64,000 bases of DNA, taken from positions 3,906,001-3,970,000 of the forward strand of contig JANJGN010000042.1 in NCBI GenBank assembly GCA_026770705.1. Direction: 5' to 3'. Made by a program: the position numbers and the translations under genes. Shown here piece after piece: positions 52,555 through 64,000 of the stretch. The stretch is from Isurus oxyrinchus. Lineage: Eukaryota. Under the pieces are notes generated by a model. It was not told the origin of the DNA. It ran no database searches and saw only the letters and a program-made list of their open reading frames with translations. How positions within the stretch are numbered: position 1 is the first letter of the stretch; the number at the start of each line of letters is the position of its first letter.

Positions 52555-53222
52555 TCGGGAGATGGGGACAAAGTGTCAGGAGATGGGGCATAGTGTCGGG
52601 AGATGGGGCATAGTGTCGGGAGATGGGGGCAGAGTGTCGGAAGATGGGGGCAGAGTGTCGGGAGATGGGGGCAGAGTGTCGGGAGATGGGGGCAGAGTGT
52701 CGGGAGATGGGGGCAGAGTGTCGGGAGATGGTCAGAGTGTATCGGGAGATGGGGGCAGTGTGTCGGGAGATGGGGGCAGAGTGTCGGGAGATGGGGACAG
52801 AGTGTCGGGAGATGGGGAAAGAGTGTCGGGAGATGGGGGCATAGTGTCGGGAGATGGCGGCAGAGTGTCGGGAGATGGGGGCAGAGTGTCGGGAGATGGG
52901 GAAAGAGTGTCGGGAGATGGAGGCAGAGTTGTCAGGAGATGGGGACAGTGTGTTGGAAGATGGGCGCAGGGTGTCATAAGACCATAAGACATAGAAGCAG
53001 AAATTAGGCCATTCGGCCCATTGAGTCTGCCCCGCCGTTCAATTATGGCTTATAAGTTTCTCAATCCTATTTTGCCGCCTTCTGCCCGTAACCTTTGATC
53101 CCTTTACCAATCAAGAACCTATCTAACTCGATCTTAAATACACTCAATGTGCTGGCCTCCACCGCCTTCTGTGGCAATGAATTCCATATCAGGAGATGGG
53201 GCAGAGTGTCGGGAGGTGGGAC
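52555..53222. repeat. 21-bp G-rich minisatellite (gggagatgggggcagagtgtc, ~20 units) interrupted by a CR1 3' fragment at ~52975-53188
   Basis: Direct inspection. The array resumes at 53189. Confidence 0.9.
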
Positions 53223-53396
53223 ATATACTGGACATGTTTCTCGTCTTCATAATCCACAACACTATTCCTGATGTCCATGAGCTGCCTCACTTTCTTTCCC
53301 ATTAATTCCATTTGCTGATCTATCAGTAATGGACTTGCTGCCATCTTGAACAAAACTGTTTTCTCCACTAAGGCTCCGCTGGTATTTAATAGTCTT

Positions 53397-53503
53397 CATG
53401 ACATCATCACACTGGGACTGGATGACATCATCACACTGGGACTGGATGACATCATCACACTGGGACTGGATGACATCATCGCACTGGGACTGGATGACAT
53501 CAT
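53397..53503. repeat. 24-bp minisatellite (~4.5 units)
   Basis: gatgacatcatcacactgggactg repeated. Confidence 0.92.
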
Positions 53504-54443
53504 AAGAGTACATTGTTTCTTAATGACCCACATCAATAACAAGAGGAAATATTAATAAACCTGAACACATTATCTAGGCTGACACTCCAGGGTGACATTG
53601 AGGGACTGCTGCACTGTCAGAGACAGCATCCTTTATATGGAACTTGTGGAGACTCTGGTCACAATCTTCCAAACCTCCTTATACAGTAGTGGTGTCAAAG
53701 GACTGACAGATTGTAAATGTTACACCCCTGTTCAAAAACAGTGCAATTCCAGGACAATCAGCTTCACATCAGTGATGGGGAAAGGCTGGAGACAATAATC
53801 TGGGAGAAAATCAATTGGCACTTGGAAAAGTATCGGTTATTTCCAGCATTTTCTGTTTTTAATACTGATACTTCCCTGGATCCTAAGGCTCTCTGGGAGG
53901 TTTAGGGAGTTGGGACTTTTCCAAGAGAGTAACCAAAGGTCTGAGAACTGAAAGAATCAAGGGTTAGAAAGGACAAAAGATCCAAAAATGGAGCAGTTGG
54001 GAACAGGACATCAACCAGTCTCCTCTTATCCTGGAGAAATCAAGGACTCGACATTCTGAGAGTTTGAAACAAAGCTGATTTATTCAACAGACATCAAGAT
54101 ATTAAACTTCAGCCCAGTTACAGGGATTAGTAACATCAATAGAAACAAACCACAACTGTCAGAATGAACATGGTTCAGTTCTGGATGTGATTAACAGCAG
54201 CAATAACAGCAGAATCCAACCCCTGCAGACACTTGTGAACTCGCTGGTGTCTGAGCAGGTGGGATGAGCAAGTGAATCCCTTCCTCCGTTCAGAGAAGGT
54301 GAACAGCCTCTCCTCACTGTGAACTCGCTGGTGTCTCAACAGGTTGGATAAATGAGTGAATCCCTTTCCACATTCAGAGCAGGTGGACAGTCTCTCTCCA
54401 ATGTGAATTCACTGGTGTACACTGAGGTGGAATTAAGGCTGAA

Positions 54444-55070
54444 TCACTTTTCCACAGGAAGTGCAACTGAACAGCCTCTCCTTGTGTGAATTCGTTGGTG
54501 TTTCAGCAGGCTGGATAACTGAGTGAATCCCTTCCCACACTCGGAGCAGGTGAACGGTCTCTCCCCAGTGTGAACTCGCTGGTGTCCCAGTAGGATTGAT
54601 AACTGAGTGAATCCCTTCCCACACTCGGAGCAGGTGAACAGTCTCTCCCCAGTGTGAACTCGCTGCTGTGCCAGTAGGATTGATGACTGAGTGAATCCCT
54701 TCCCACACTCGGAGCAGGTGAACGGTATCTCCCCAGTGTGAACTCGCTGGTGTTTCAGTAGGCTTGATGACTGAGTGAATCCCTTCCCACACTCGGAGCA
54801 GGTGAATGGTCTCTCTCCAGTGTGAACTCGCTGGTGCATCAGCAGGTTGGATGACTGAGTGAATCCTTTCCCACACTCGGAGCAGGTGAACGGTCTCTCT
54901 CCAGTGTGAACTCGCTGGTGTGTTCGCAGGCTGGATAAATGATTGAATCCCTTCCCACACTGAGAACACGTGAACGGCCTTTCCCCAGTGTGACTGCGTC
55001 GATGGATTTCCAGTCTGGATGGATAATTGAATCCTTTCCCACAGTCCTCAAATTTCCATGCTTTCTCCAT
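54444..55070 (-). CDS. C2H2 zinc-finger protein, 7 finger repeats (5 intact), frameshift-truncated, possibly a pseudogene
   Basis: ATG at 55070 (MEKAWKF…), [16 protein letters not shown] repeats. Frameshift at ~54483 followed by three decayed fingers to ~54230. Decayed fingers upstream to the acceptor at 55433. Confidence 0.75.
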   Translation of the reverse strand: MEKAWKFEDCGKGFNYPSRLEIHRRSHTGERPFTCSQCGKGFNHLSSLRTHQRVHTGERPFTCSECGKGFTQSSNLLMHQRVHTGERPFTCSECGKGFTQSSSLLKHQRVHTGEIPFTCSECGKGFTQSSILLAQQRVHTGERLFTCSECGKGFTQLSILLGHQRVHTGERPFTCSECGKGFTQLSSLLKHQRIHTRRGCSVALPVEK

Positions 55071-55949
55071 GGTCCAGCTGTCCCTGTGTCTCTCCAAGTT
55101 TGATGATCAGTTGAAGCCTCATCCACACTGAGAACACGTGTACAGTTTCTCCCTGCTGTGAATGGTGTGATGTTATTTCAGGCTTTATAACTGGTTAAAG
55201 CTCTTTCTACAATCAGTTCACTAGAACACTCTCACTCGGGTGTGTGTGTCTCGGTACTTTTGCAGTCACACTGATGTTTGAAATCTTTTCCCACAGACAG
55301 AACAGACAAACATTTCTCCTTCCACATTCAAAATTGATGATATTCAGGTCCTGATGTATGGAGTGACTCCGTCAGATCTTGATGTGATGTTTGGTTTGAG
55401 TTTCCTGCCTGAAAATCCCCCCCTTCTAATTCTCTGTAAAAGGAGTTTACAAGAGCCATCACTGTAAGAACAGGATAGAAATTCAGAACAGACAATTCTA
55501 GTTTCTATGGAACAGTTTTTCCTCTCTTGTTCCCTGAAAGCTGCAAATCCCTGTCTCACACACTCTCCCTCCTCCCTGTGCTGAAATCCAAACAGAGTTT
55601 TGGACAGTTCTTTCTGTATCTTTTTAACAAATTTCGACAATTGGAGGTGACAATATGTCTGATCATTCACTTCAGTGATTACTCGTAATAAAACATTAAT
55701 CTGAAATCCGCTGTCCGACCAGGCAGAATAGCAGATGTTAACCTTGTGTCCAAAACTTACTGTGTGGAGATTTAATGAGTGATCGTGTAGGTGGTTTCTC
55801 CAAACCTCCCAGGGTTTCCTTCCTTCTCTCCCTCTCTAACTGAGTTAAACCTGGGATCAGTCTCATGGCCCATTCTGGTTACTGCTTCTCTTCCTGATGA
55901 CTAATTAACTCCAATGAAACACTGAGAAGACTGAAAGACACAGTTTTCC

Positions 55950-56550
55950 GTCCCTGCTCCAATCTCCATTTCCCAGATACCAACTCCATCCCTCTCCCTG
56001 GGAACAGTCTGAGATTAAACCAGTCTGTTCACAACCTCGGTGTCACATTTGATCTCGAAATGAGTTGCTGACCTCATTGTGTGTGCCTTCACTAAGATCG
56101 TTTGTTTCTACCTCCGTAATATCACCTGACCTCACCCCTGTCTCAGCTGCTGCTGAAACCCTCAATACTGCCATTTTTACCTCCAGACTCGACCATTGCA
56201 ACACACTCCTGGCTGGTCTCCTACATTCTATCCTCCGTAACCTTGAAGAAATATTTTTGCTGTCTGTGTCTTCACTCACAGCCAGGCCCCTTCCCTGACC
56301 TTTCTTGGCTCCCATTCAAGCAGCAACTTGATTTTAAAATTCTCATCCTTATTTTCAAATCCCCCCATGGCCTCCTCTCTCCCTATCTCTGCAATCTCCT
56401 GCAGACCCACAACCCTCTGAGATATCTGTAATGCTCTAATTTTAGCATTCCTTGTTTTAATTGCTCCACCATTAGTGTCCGTGCCTTCAGTTCCCTCAAG
56501 CTCTGAAATTCTCTCCCTCTGTCTACCACACTTTCCCCCTTTAAGACAAT
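55950..56550 (+). mobile_element. L2-like LINE 3' fragment
   Basis: AAETL…FTSRLDHCNTLLAGL, LSWLPFKQQLDFKILIL motifs. Confidence 0.75.
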
Positions 56551-57199
56551 TGAGTATTAATGAAAAAAGACATTTTGGCAAAACGTTTTATCTTATACTC
56601 ATCAGGATAGAGGGAGGAATACCAAATTTCAAAAATTATCAGTCAGGCTTGTAATGTGGCTGACTTACACTTGCTAGAAGCTACGTACGTTCATCCACAG
56701 GGACCTGTCCTCTGCAGACAGAAGGAACAAGTCCAGGCACGGGGCCTATTGTGGAATTAAACAAAAGCACAGAGGATGACAGCTCCTTGCTGTGTTCTCT
56801 ATGGCAACAACCAATCAGAGCTGACTGGCCAACCAATCTGCACCCTTTTCTCATGCAGCAGAAATTGTTGTTCCCTTTGAAATTTGGGATTCTTGTGTCT
56901 GTCCTGGTGAGTGCAAGTCGAAAAGTTTTGACAGCTTGTCTCTTTTTACAGTTATAATCAAATTCCGTACAATCAAACTACTATTTAACTATTTTTGGTC
57001 ACCTGCCCTAATATCTCCTCCTGTGTCTGGGTGTCACACTTTGTTTTATAATTTTCCTGTGAAGCTCACTGGGATGATGTATGATGTTAATAGAAGTTGT
57101 TGTTGTTTCTGACTGTGACCCTGATCTCCTGTTTTACAACAACCCATTGATTTCACACCAAACTCTATCTCTGATTTATTGTCCCTCCTGCAGGTCATT

Positions 57200-57800
57200 C
57201 ATCCGGGTCTGCAGCCTCTGTAAAGATGGCGGCCACGCATGCTCCCTGTTGGACATTGCCCCCTACAAAGATGGTGGCCGCACACGCGCTCTGCGCTGCT
57301 TGCCCCCTATATACATGAAGCCGTTAACTCGGGCCTACTTCCGGAGAAATAGCCTGAACTGTCGTTGAACCAATGGTTCCTTATTGAGGGTTTAGGACAG
57401 AGTCGTGAATTTATAAAGGCTCCCAACTTCCCCGCCAGCCCTATCTATGCTCACAGTTTTTTTTCAGCTCACAGTCCGCACTCAGTCTTTGTAAATCCTG
57501 CATTTCAAATCCGCTTGCTCCAAATGTAAATCACGTCTGACTTCACGCTCTGCGCACTTATCAAGCTCACAATGATTGACGGCAGCTCCGAACCAATAGG
57601 GACAGGGGGCGGGCCTGGAGGAACAAGGGGGAGCGGCTGGTCCTCCGGCCAATCGGAATGAATGAGGGGCGTGGTGGACTGAATTGGAGCATGCGCATTG
57701 GGGGTTGAGGATCGGGATGAAGGTGGTCAGGTTGAGAATCCAGCTGGTGAGAAAGGGCGGAGTGCAGGACAGGAATGGAGCTGGAGAGTGGACTGGGAGG
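57200..57800. promoter_or_regulatory. Putative bidirectional promoter between ZNF gene 2 (-) and a truncated ZNF (+)
   Basis: YY1 motifs at 57223-57234 and 57268-57279 (block is an inverted homolog of 45620-45670). CCAAT boxes at 57593 and 57649, GC boxes at ~57606 and 57666, GCATGCGC at 57689. Confidence 0.65.
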
Positions 57801-57879
57801 ATTCACAAACACCCGGTGTAGGACTCCAAACCCGAATTAGAAACTCCCGGAGCCGAGTTTACACCGAGTGTTTGGAAAC

Positions 57880-58150
57880 TCCTTTTCCAGGGGGTTAGAA
57901 GGGGAGGATTTACACACAGTAAACTCAAACCAAGAGAAGTAATTGTCTCCTCAATTTCTACCCCTGACTGACAGGGATGGTTTTTTTAAATCTCCTTTTT
58001 ACAGGATTTTCACTGGGAAGGATTTACAAACGGGGAAACTCAAACCAAACATCACATCAAAATCTGACAGAGTCATTGGAGTCATCAGGATCTAAATAAC
58101 TTTGACTGTGGAAGGAAAAAGGTTTGTCTGTTCCGTTTGTGGGAAAAGCA
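57880..58150 (+). pseudogene. Truncated ZNF gene 5' remnant
   Basis: Two acceptor-like blocks homologous to 45755-45960, then the start of a finger (FVCSVCGK) cut off by repeats. Confidence 0.6.
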
Positions 58151-58619
58151 TCAAATATTTCAAAATCCTGGTTAGACTGCACCTAAACCACTGTCATAAA
58201 AATTGAAAATGCTGCAAGTGCTCAGCAGGTCTGGCAGCATCTGTGGAGAGAAACATAGTTAACGTTTCAGGTCAACATGACCTTTCATCAGAACAGGAAT
58301 GCAGTGTTCAGTTCTGGGCAGCACCTTAGGAAGGATAAACTATATTGGCCTTAGTGGGAGTGGAGTGCAGATGTACCTGAATAACACCTGGATTCCAACG
58401 GTTAAATTATGAGGAGAGGTCAAAAAAATGCTTCAGAGTCATTGCAGCACAGAAAGAGGCCATTCAGCCCATTGAGTCCATGCCATGTGTCTGTCGAGCA
58501 ACCCAGTCTGTCTCATTGGCCCATGGTGTATTCAAATCTCGGCACATTTATTTCTCTTAAATGCTGGTCCAATTTAATTTTAAATCATTGATCATGTCTG
58601 ATTCCAGCCTCCTCGTAGG

Positions 58620-59600
58620 TAGTGAGTTCTGGGGTATTACCAATTGTTGTGTAAAATGTTCCTCCCTGCATTTGCCCTGTATCTGTTGCGCATAACCTTC
58701 AGTCTGTGCCCTTCTAATCCTTGTATCATCACCTAGTGGATACAACTTTCTCTTTGTCCATCTTATCTAAACCTGTCACAATCTTGTCCACCTTTATCAA
58801 ATCTCCTCTCAACTCCATTATTCCAAGAATAACTCCAGCTTCTCCAATCTAACCTTGTAACTGAATTCCTGTTTTCCTGGAACCATTCTGGCAAATCTCC
58901 TCCGCAGCCTCTTGAGGACCCTCACATCTTTCCTAAAGTGTGGAGACCAAAACTGGATGCAGTACTCCTGTTGTGACCTAACCAGAGCTTTATAACGGGT
59001 CATCTTATTTTTCCCTGCTTTTATGCACGTTAAATCTGCTTATAAAGCCCACGATCCCAGATATTTTGCTAACTGCTCTCTCAATATGTCCTGTCATCTT
59101 CAAATGTCTGTGCAGGTCAACCCCCAGGTCCCCCTGTCCCTGCACACTCTTTGGGGCTGTACCATTAAGTATCTATTGCCTCTCCCTATTCCTTCTGCCA
59201 GTATTCATCACCTCACTGTGAGGGTTGCATTCCCTGGAATTTAGAAGATTAAGGAGGATTTTCTCGAAGTTTTCATGATATTAATTGGAAATGGTGTGGA
59301 AGATAGAGAGGAACTATTTCCATTGGTTTGGTGAATCCAGGACTGAGGAACACAGTCTACAAATTAGAGCCAGACCTTTCAGGAATGAGATTAGGAAAAT
59401 CTTCTCCAGGTAAGGTTGGGAGAAGTTTGGAATTCTCTTCCTGAATTAGCAGTACATGCTTGATCAGTTTCAATCTGACATTGATAGATCTTTGCTAACC
59501 CAAGGTATAAATTAAGGCACATGAGACAAAGGGTCACAGATCAGCCGTGATCTGATTGCATGGAGGGATAGGCTCGCGGGGCTAAATGGCCAACTCCTGG
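58620..59600. mobile_element. CR1-type LINE fragments (58620-59215 minus; 59225-59600 plus)
   Basis: YKALVRSQQEYCIQFWSPHFRKD on minus. CR1 3' end on plus. Confidence 0.75.
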
Positions 59601-59814
59601 AATCATAGAAACTTAGAGCACAGAAGGAGGCCATTCAACCATTTGTGCTTGTGCTGTCTCTTTGAAAGAGCAGTTGTGTTTAGTCCCTGTTCGTAACCCT
59701 GTAAGTTCCTCAATCTCAATCCCAGTCAACTCGCTTTTAAACTCCCTGATAGAATCAGTTTTCAGCACCTTTTCAGGTAGAATGTCCCAGATCCTGACAA
59801 CTCTCTGTTGGTGC

Positions 59815-60125
59815 AGAAACTGCTGAACTCGATGTTGAGTCCAGAAGGTTGTAAAGTGCCGAATTGAAAGATGAGATGCTGTTCCTCAAGCCCCCATGGA
59901 GCTTCATTGGAACAGTTCAGGCCGAGGACAGAGAGGTCAGAGTGGGAGTGGGGCGGAGAATTAAAATGACAAGTGACCGGAAGCTCAGGGTCAAGCTCAC
60001 AGACTGAACGGAAGTTGTTCCACAAAGTCATTACCCAATCTGTGTTTGGTCTCCCCAATGTAGAGCAGATCGCATCGTGAGCAGTGAATACAGTAACTAA
60101 ACTGCAAGAAGTACAAATAAATCAC
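59815..60125 (-). mobile_element. Penelope GIY-YIG fragment
   Basis: DPELPVTCHFNSPPHSHSDLSVLGL…LEEQHLIFQFGTLQPSGLN, homologous to 32300-32600. Confidence 0.8.
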
Positions 60126-61164
60126 TGTTAGGTTACATCTTGCAAACCTTGAAAATAGCCTGAATAAAGATACTTCACCTGAAGAGTAAAAGTTAAAAAA
60201 TAATTACACTGTCTATCTTCAGGGTGTAATCCAACAACAGCACCTTGTATTTACACAGAGGGTTGTGGTGCTGGGGGAGGTTACAGAGATACTGAGGATC
60301 CATTTGACATTGTCTATCTCACTGGTGTCAAATTCAATTTCCGTGGTAGCTCTGATCCAATATCCTGACACTGGGTGAGGGCCACATTCAACAGAAGATA
60401 TAAAAATGCAACTAGATACAGAAACTATATCAGTATTTACAGATGCCTCGATTTTATTTACTCATCCTGCTGCTACCAATACTTGGCACCTCTTAGCTTC
60501 ATCCATCACATCAACACTTGGAACAAATGACTGAGCTGTGGTCTGTCTCGGGTAAAAATACAAGGACCACTTGTCATCACAGAATCATAGAAATTTACAG
60601 CAGGAGGGCATTCAGCCCATCATGTGTCTACCAGCCGAAAATGAGCAATCCAGTCTAATCCACTTTCCAGCTCTTGGTCCGTAATCCTGTAGGTTACAGC
60701 ACATCCAGTGTATATCCCAGTACCTTTTAAATCTGTGTATTTCTGCCCCTATCAGCCTTTCAGTCAGTAAGTTCCAAGATCCATCACCCTCTAAGTAAAG
60801 GCATTATTGAACTCCCCTCTAATCTTCCACCAATTACTTTCAATCTCTGTCCTCTTGGTTCTGACCGCTCTGTAAATGAAATAGGTCCTTCTTATCCACT
60901 CCACCTGGGACCCTCATAATTTTATATACCTCAGTTAAATCTCCTCTCTTCCTCCCTGTCCCAAAGAAAACAACCCCAGCTGATCCGATCTTACCTCAGA
61001 GTTAAAATTCTCCAGTCCTGGCAACATCCAGATAAATCTCTTCTCCTGTGCTCTCTCCTGTGTGATCACATCCTTCCTGTAATTTGCTGACGAGAACTAG
61101 ACTCAGTACTCTAGCTGTGCTCTAACTAGTGTTTTTTATAGCTCTCGAATAACTGCTCTCTCAC

Positions 61165-61725
61165 CTTCCATTAACTTCAATGTGATGGAGTCTGACAGCT
61201 GGAACTTGTCAACATTTGAAGGATATTTACAAATGATTCGAGGGTTTCTTACAGTTGGACTCTTTCTCTGTTCTGTCCACTCGAGGTATTAGAAAACAGG
61301 CTTTCTCCTGTGAACATTGAGCTGGACAATTGGTGTTCCCTTGTTCATCTCGTTGACTCTAAATGTTGAATCTTGTGGTTTGTGACACCAGATAATCAAT
61401 CTCACAACAAAAGATTGTCTCACACTGATTTTACTGACAGCACTGCAATAATACAGACAAGTATCGTCCCCTGATCTGGACAACAGGGATAATATTGTGA
61501 TAAACTCATTGTTCGATTGTGTCCAAACTGTAAATGATTTAATCATTTTCTGTGGATCCTGTCCTGACTGAAGAGTTCGGTGTGGGATTGACATGAACGT
61601 CCACAGAACTGGCCTTTCATATTGTTGTTGGTGGTGCTTGGGTGAACTTCTGCATCTGTGCCACCTCTGACCTTCCTCTGGGCATGTCGGATGTTGAGTT
61701 TGATGTAGATGGTCCTCTAAACACG
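61165..61725 (-). pseudogene. Decayed Ig-superfamily segment: TCR-beta-like V domain, possibly followed by a C2-type Ig domain
   Basis: Acceptor ttttattcag/ at 61726. Reads CLEDHLHQT…EEGQ…SFTVWTQSNNEF…DDTCLYYCSA. Continues in frame (one stop) to …IICKY…SDSITLKLMEG/gtgag. 561 nt, phase 1-1. Confidence 0.55.
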
Positions 61726-62699
61726 CTGAATAAAATTTCAGTGCTTGCCTCCACGTCTACACTCATAGATATTTACAGCACAGGAGAAGGCCATTCAGCC
61801 CATTGTGCCCATGCTGCTCACAAAGATCTGACTACACCAATCCCATTTTCCAGCGCTTGGCCCAAAGCCCTGGAGGCTAAAGCAATGCAAGTGAATATCT
61901 AAACGATTCTTAAATGTTACAAGCGTTTCTGACTCAACCACCCTTTCAGGCCGCGAGTTCCAGGCTGCCAACACCCTCTGGGTAAAAAAAAATCAATTCT
62001 CCTTATCTCCCCTCTTAGCCTTCTACCTCTTACCTTAAATCTATGCCCCCATCCGCCCCCCCTGCCCTCCCCCTCCTAGTTAATTGACCCCTCTACTAAT
62101 GGAAAAAGTGCCTTCCTATCCACCCTACTATGCCCCTCATAATCTTATACCAGACCTATCAGGTCCCTTTTGCTACTCGAAGGAAATAAAACCCAGCCTA
62201 TCCAATCTTTCCTCATTGCTAAGACGCTCCAGCCCGGGCTGTGTCCTGGTAAATCTCCTCTGCACCCTCCCCAGTGCTATCACATCCTTCCTATGATATG
62301 GTGACCAGAACGCAGCCAGTTGACTGCAGTTTTTTCCGAGGAGAGGTGGTCTGCAATGCAGAAGTTTGTGAGGCTCATTTTTAGGGTGTCCTTGATTTAA
62401 TGTTACTTCCCTATTGTTGGTGTTCCTTACTGAAATCCAGGCAGCAACCTCTTTATAAATGTTATGTTTTTTTTTCTAGTTTTAAGCTATTTAAAAACAA
62501 TCCCTAACAGCAACTTCTCACCCACCAAGTTTTCCTGCAATGTCGCTTTGGGTTTATTTTCAAACTCAGCCCACTGCCCGATCGGATGTGTTCCTCACAG
62601 GTCTGGCTGTCTCCTCTCCAAGAAGGTGAGACATGTCGGGAAGGACCAGAAGGGAAAGTTTACCTGTGTCACAGCCACATAGGATCTCACTTGTGGCTT

Positions 62700-63280
62700 T
62701 GATAAGAACTGTTTTCGAACTGAGGCAGGGCAGAAACCTGATTGGAGGGATTCAAACATGGAGTTCTCAGAAAAATGGACACAGTTTTGGGAGATTAAAA
62801 AATGTTTAAGGATTTTAGAAAGGAAAGAGAGGCTGGAGATGGGGCAGCAGCATGCAAAGATGGAAGAGTGACGGGCTTGTTTTTATTTAAGGACATTATA
62901 ATGATGGAAGGTTTAAAGGAGAGCGGAACAGTATCTGAAAAGAGAGAACCATTGACAATGACAGCAAACATGGGGAAGTTGGATGGTCAGTAGTTTAGTG
63001 GGAATAGAGTCGATGGAGCAGGTGGTGCACACAGAGGGCATGAGAGGAGATGGGAGAGAAACTGGAAAAAGATGTGTTCATGGCCCAGATATTGGGGGAA
63101 ATTTCGAGACAGTCTGCCCCGGAGGGTTAGTGGAAGGGTGGGAAGCAGCAGAGGCAGCTGATCAGATTGTCTCAATCTTAGTGACAAAGAAATTCCATGA
63201 GCTCCTCACAACTGTCGTTGGGGGTGAGAATGGAGGAGACAGGGCAGAAGGAGAGCACTTCAAAAGGAACTAACTTGTGC
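62700..63280 (-). mobile_element. L2-like LINE RT fragment, paralog of 49520-50100
   Basis: Reverse complement is collinear with 49520 onward, with the same breakpoint ttagttccttttgaag. Confidence 0.8.
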
Positions 63281-63446
63281 TAGAGATATCAAAATGACTC
63301 AACACACTGTTTATCACAAAGCTGGTTTATTCCAATTTTATACAAAATCTGTAACTGGGCTGGAGTTTATTAACACAGCAGAAACACACACTTATGAATA
63401 TGCTTCAGACAAGAATATCATTGGGAACTAAATCCAACCACAGCAA

Positions 63447-64000
63447 TTACTTGTGAACCTGCTGGTGTCTCAGCATATTGGATAACTGTATGAATACCTT
63501 CCCACACTCTGAGCAGGTAAACGGCCTCTCCCCAGTGTGAACTCTCTGGTGTCTCAGTAGATGAAATGACCGAGTGAATCCCTTCCCACACTTGGAGCAG
63601 GTGAACGGTCTCTCCCCAGTGTGAACTCACTGGTGTTCCAGGAGGTTGGATGGATCAGCAAATCCCTTTCCACATGTGGAGCAGGTAAGTGGTCTCTCCA
63701 GTGTGAACTCTCTGGTGTCTCAGCAGGCTGGATGAATCAGTGAATCCCTTCCCACAATCAGAACAGGTAAATGGTCTCTCCCCAGTATGAACTCGCTGGT
63801 GTCTCAGCAGGGTGCATGAATCAATGAATCCCTTCCCACAATCAGAACAGGTAAATGGTCTCTCCCCAGTATGAACTCGCTGGTGTCTATGTAGATGGAA
63901 TGACTGAGTGAATCCTTTCCCACAATCAGAACAGGTAAATGGTCTCTCCCCAGTGTGAACTCGTTGGTGTTTCAGTCAGTTGGATGAATCAGCAAATCCC
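63447..64000 (-). pseudogene. 3' part of a C2H2 zinc-finger gene (continues beyond window), 2-nt deletion at ~63698
   Basis: 84-bp finger repeats ending GTT CAC AAG TAA (63449-63447). One linker reads ggtctctccagtg instead of ggtctctccccagtg. Minus-strand AATAAA at 63366-63371 and 63326-63331. Confidence 0.8.

Noticed and set aside
52562-53555. Repeat-protein ORFs (GDGGRVS)n and (DDVIQSQC)n
   Set aside because: Open frames arise from 21- and 24-bp minisatellite units. No splice or domain support.
60130-60580. Possible small minus-strand exons downstream of the Ig-like segment
   Set aside because: Acceptor-like sites exist, but frames contain stops and show no TM or ITIM/ITAM motif.

Overview
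Vertebrate genomic DNA, almost certainly from a cartilaginous fish (shark), inferred from the immunoglobulin and repeat families. The window has three zones. (1) 1-7.5 kb is the 3' end of an IgM heavy-chain cluster: exons CH3, CH4 with secretory tailpiece, TM1 and TM2, all with intact splice sites, and a ~4 kb CA-rich intron containing an assembly gap. (2) ~9.3-44 kb is a mosaic, segmentally duplicated tRNA cluster with about 25-30 tRNA-derived sequences (Ser, Glu, Asn, Lys, Val, Leu, Thr), only ~3 of which look intact. It is interspersed with CR1/L2-group LINE fragments and Penelope-like elements carrying minimal hammerhead-ribozyme motifs. (3) 45-64 kb is a C2H2 zinc-finger gene/pseudogene cluster with YY1/NRF1-type promoters and minisatellites. 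At 61.2-61.7 kb (minus strand) there is a decayed immunoglobulin-superfamily segment resembling a shark TCR-beta V, possibly fused to a second C2-type Ig domain. Family assignments come from recalled sequences, not database searches, and repeat boundaries are approximate.
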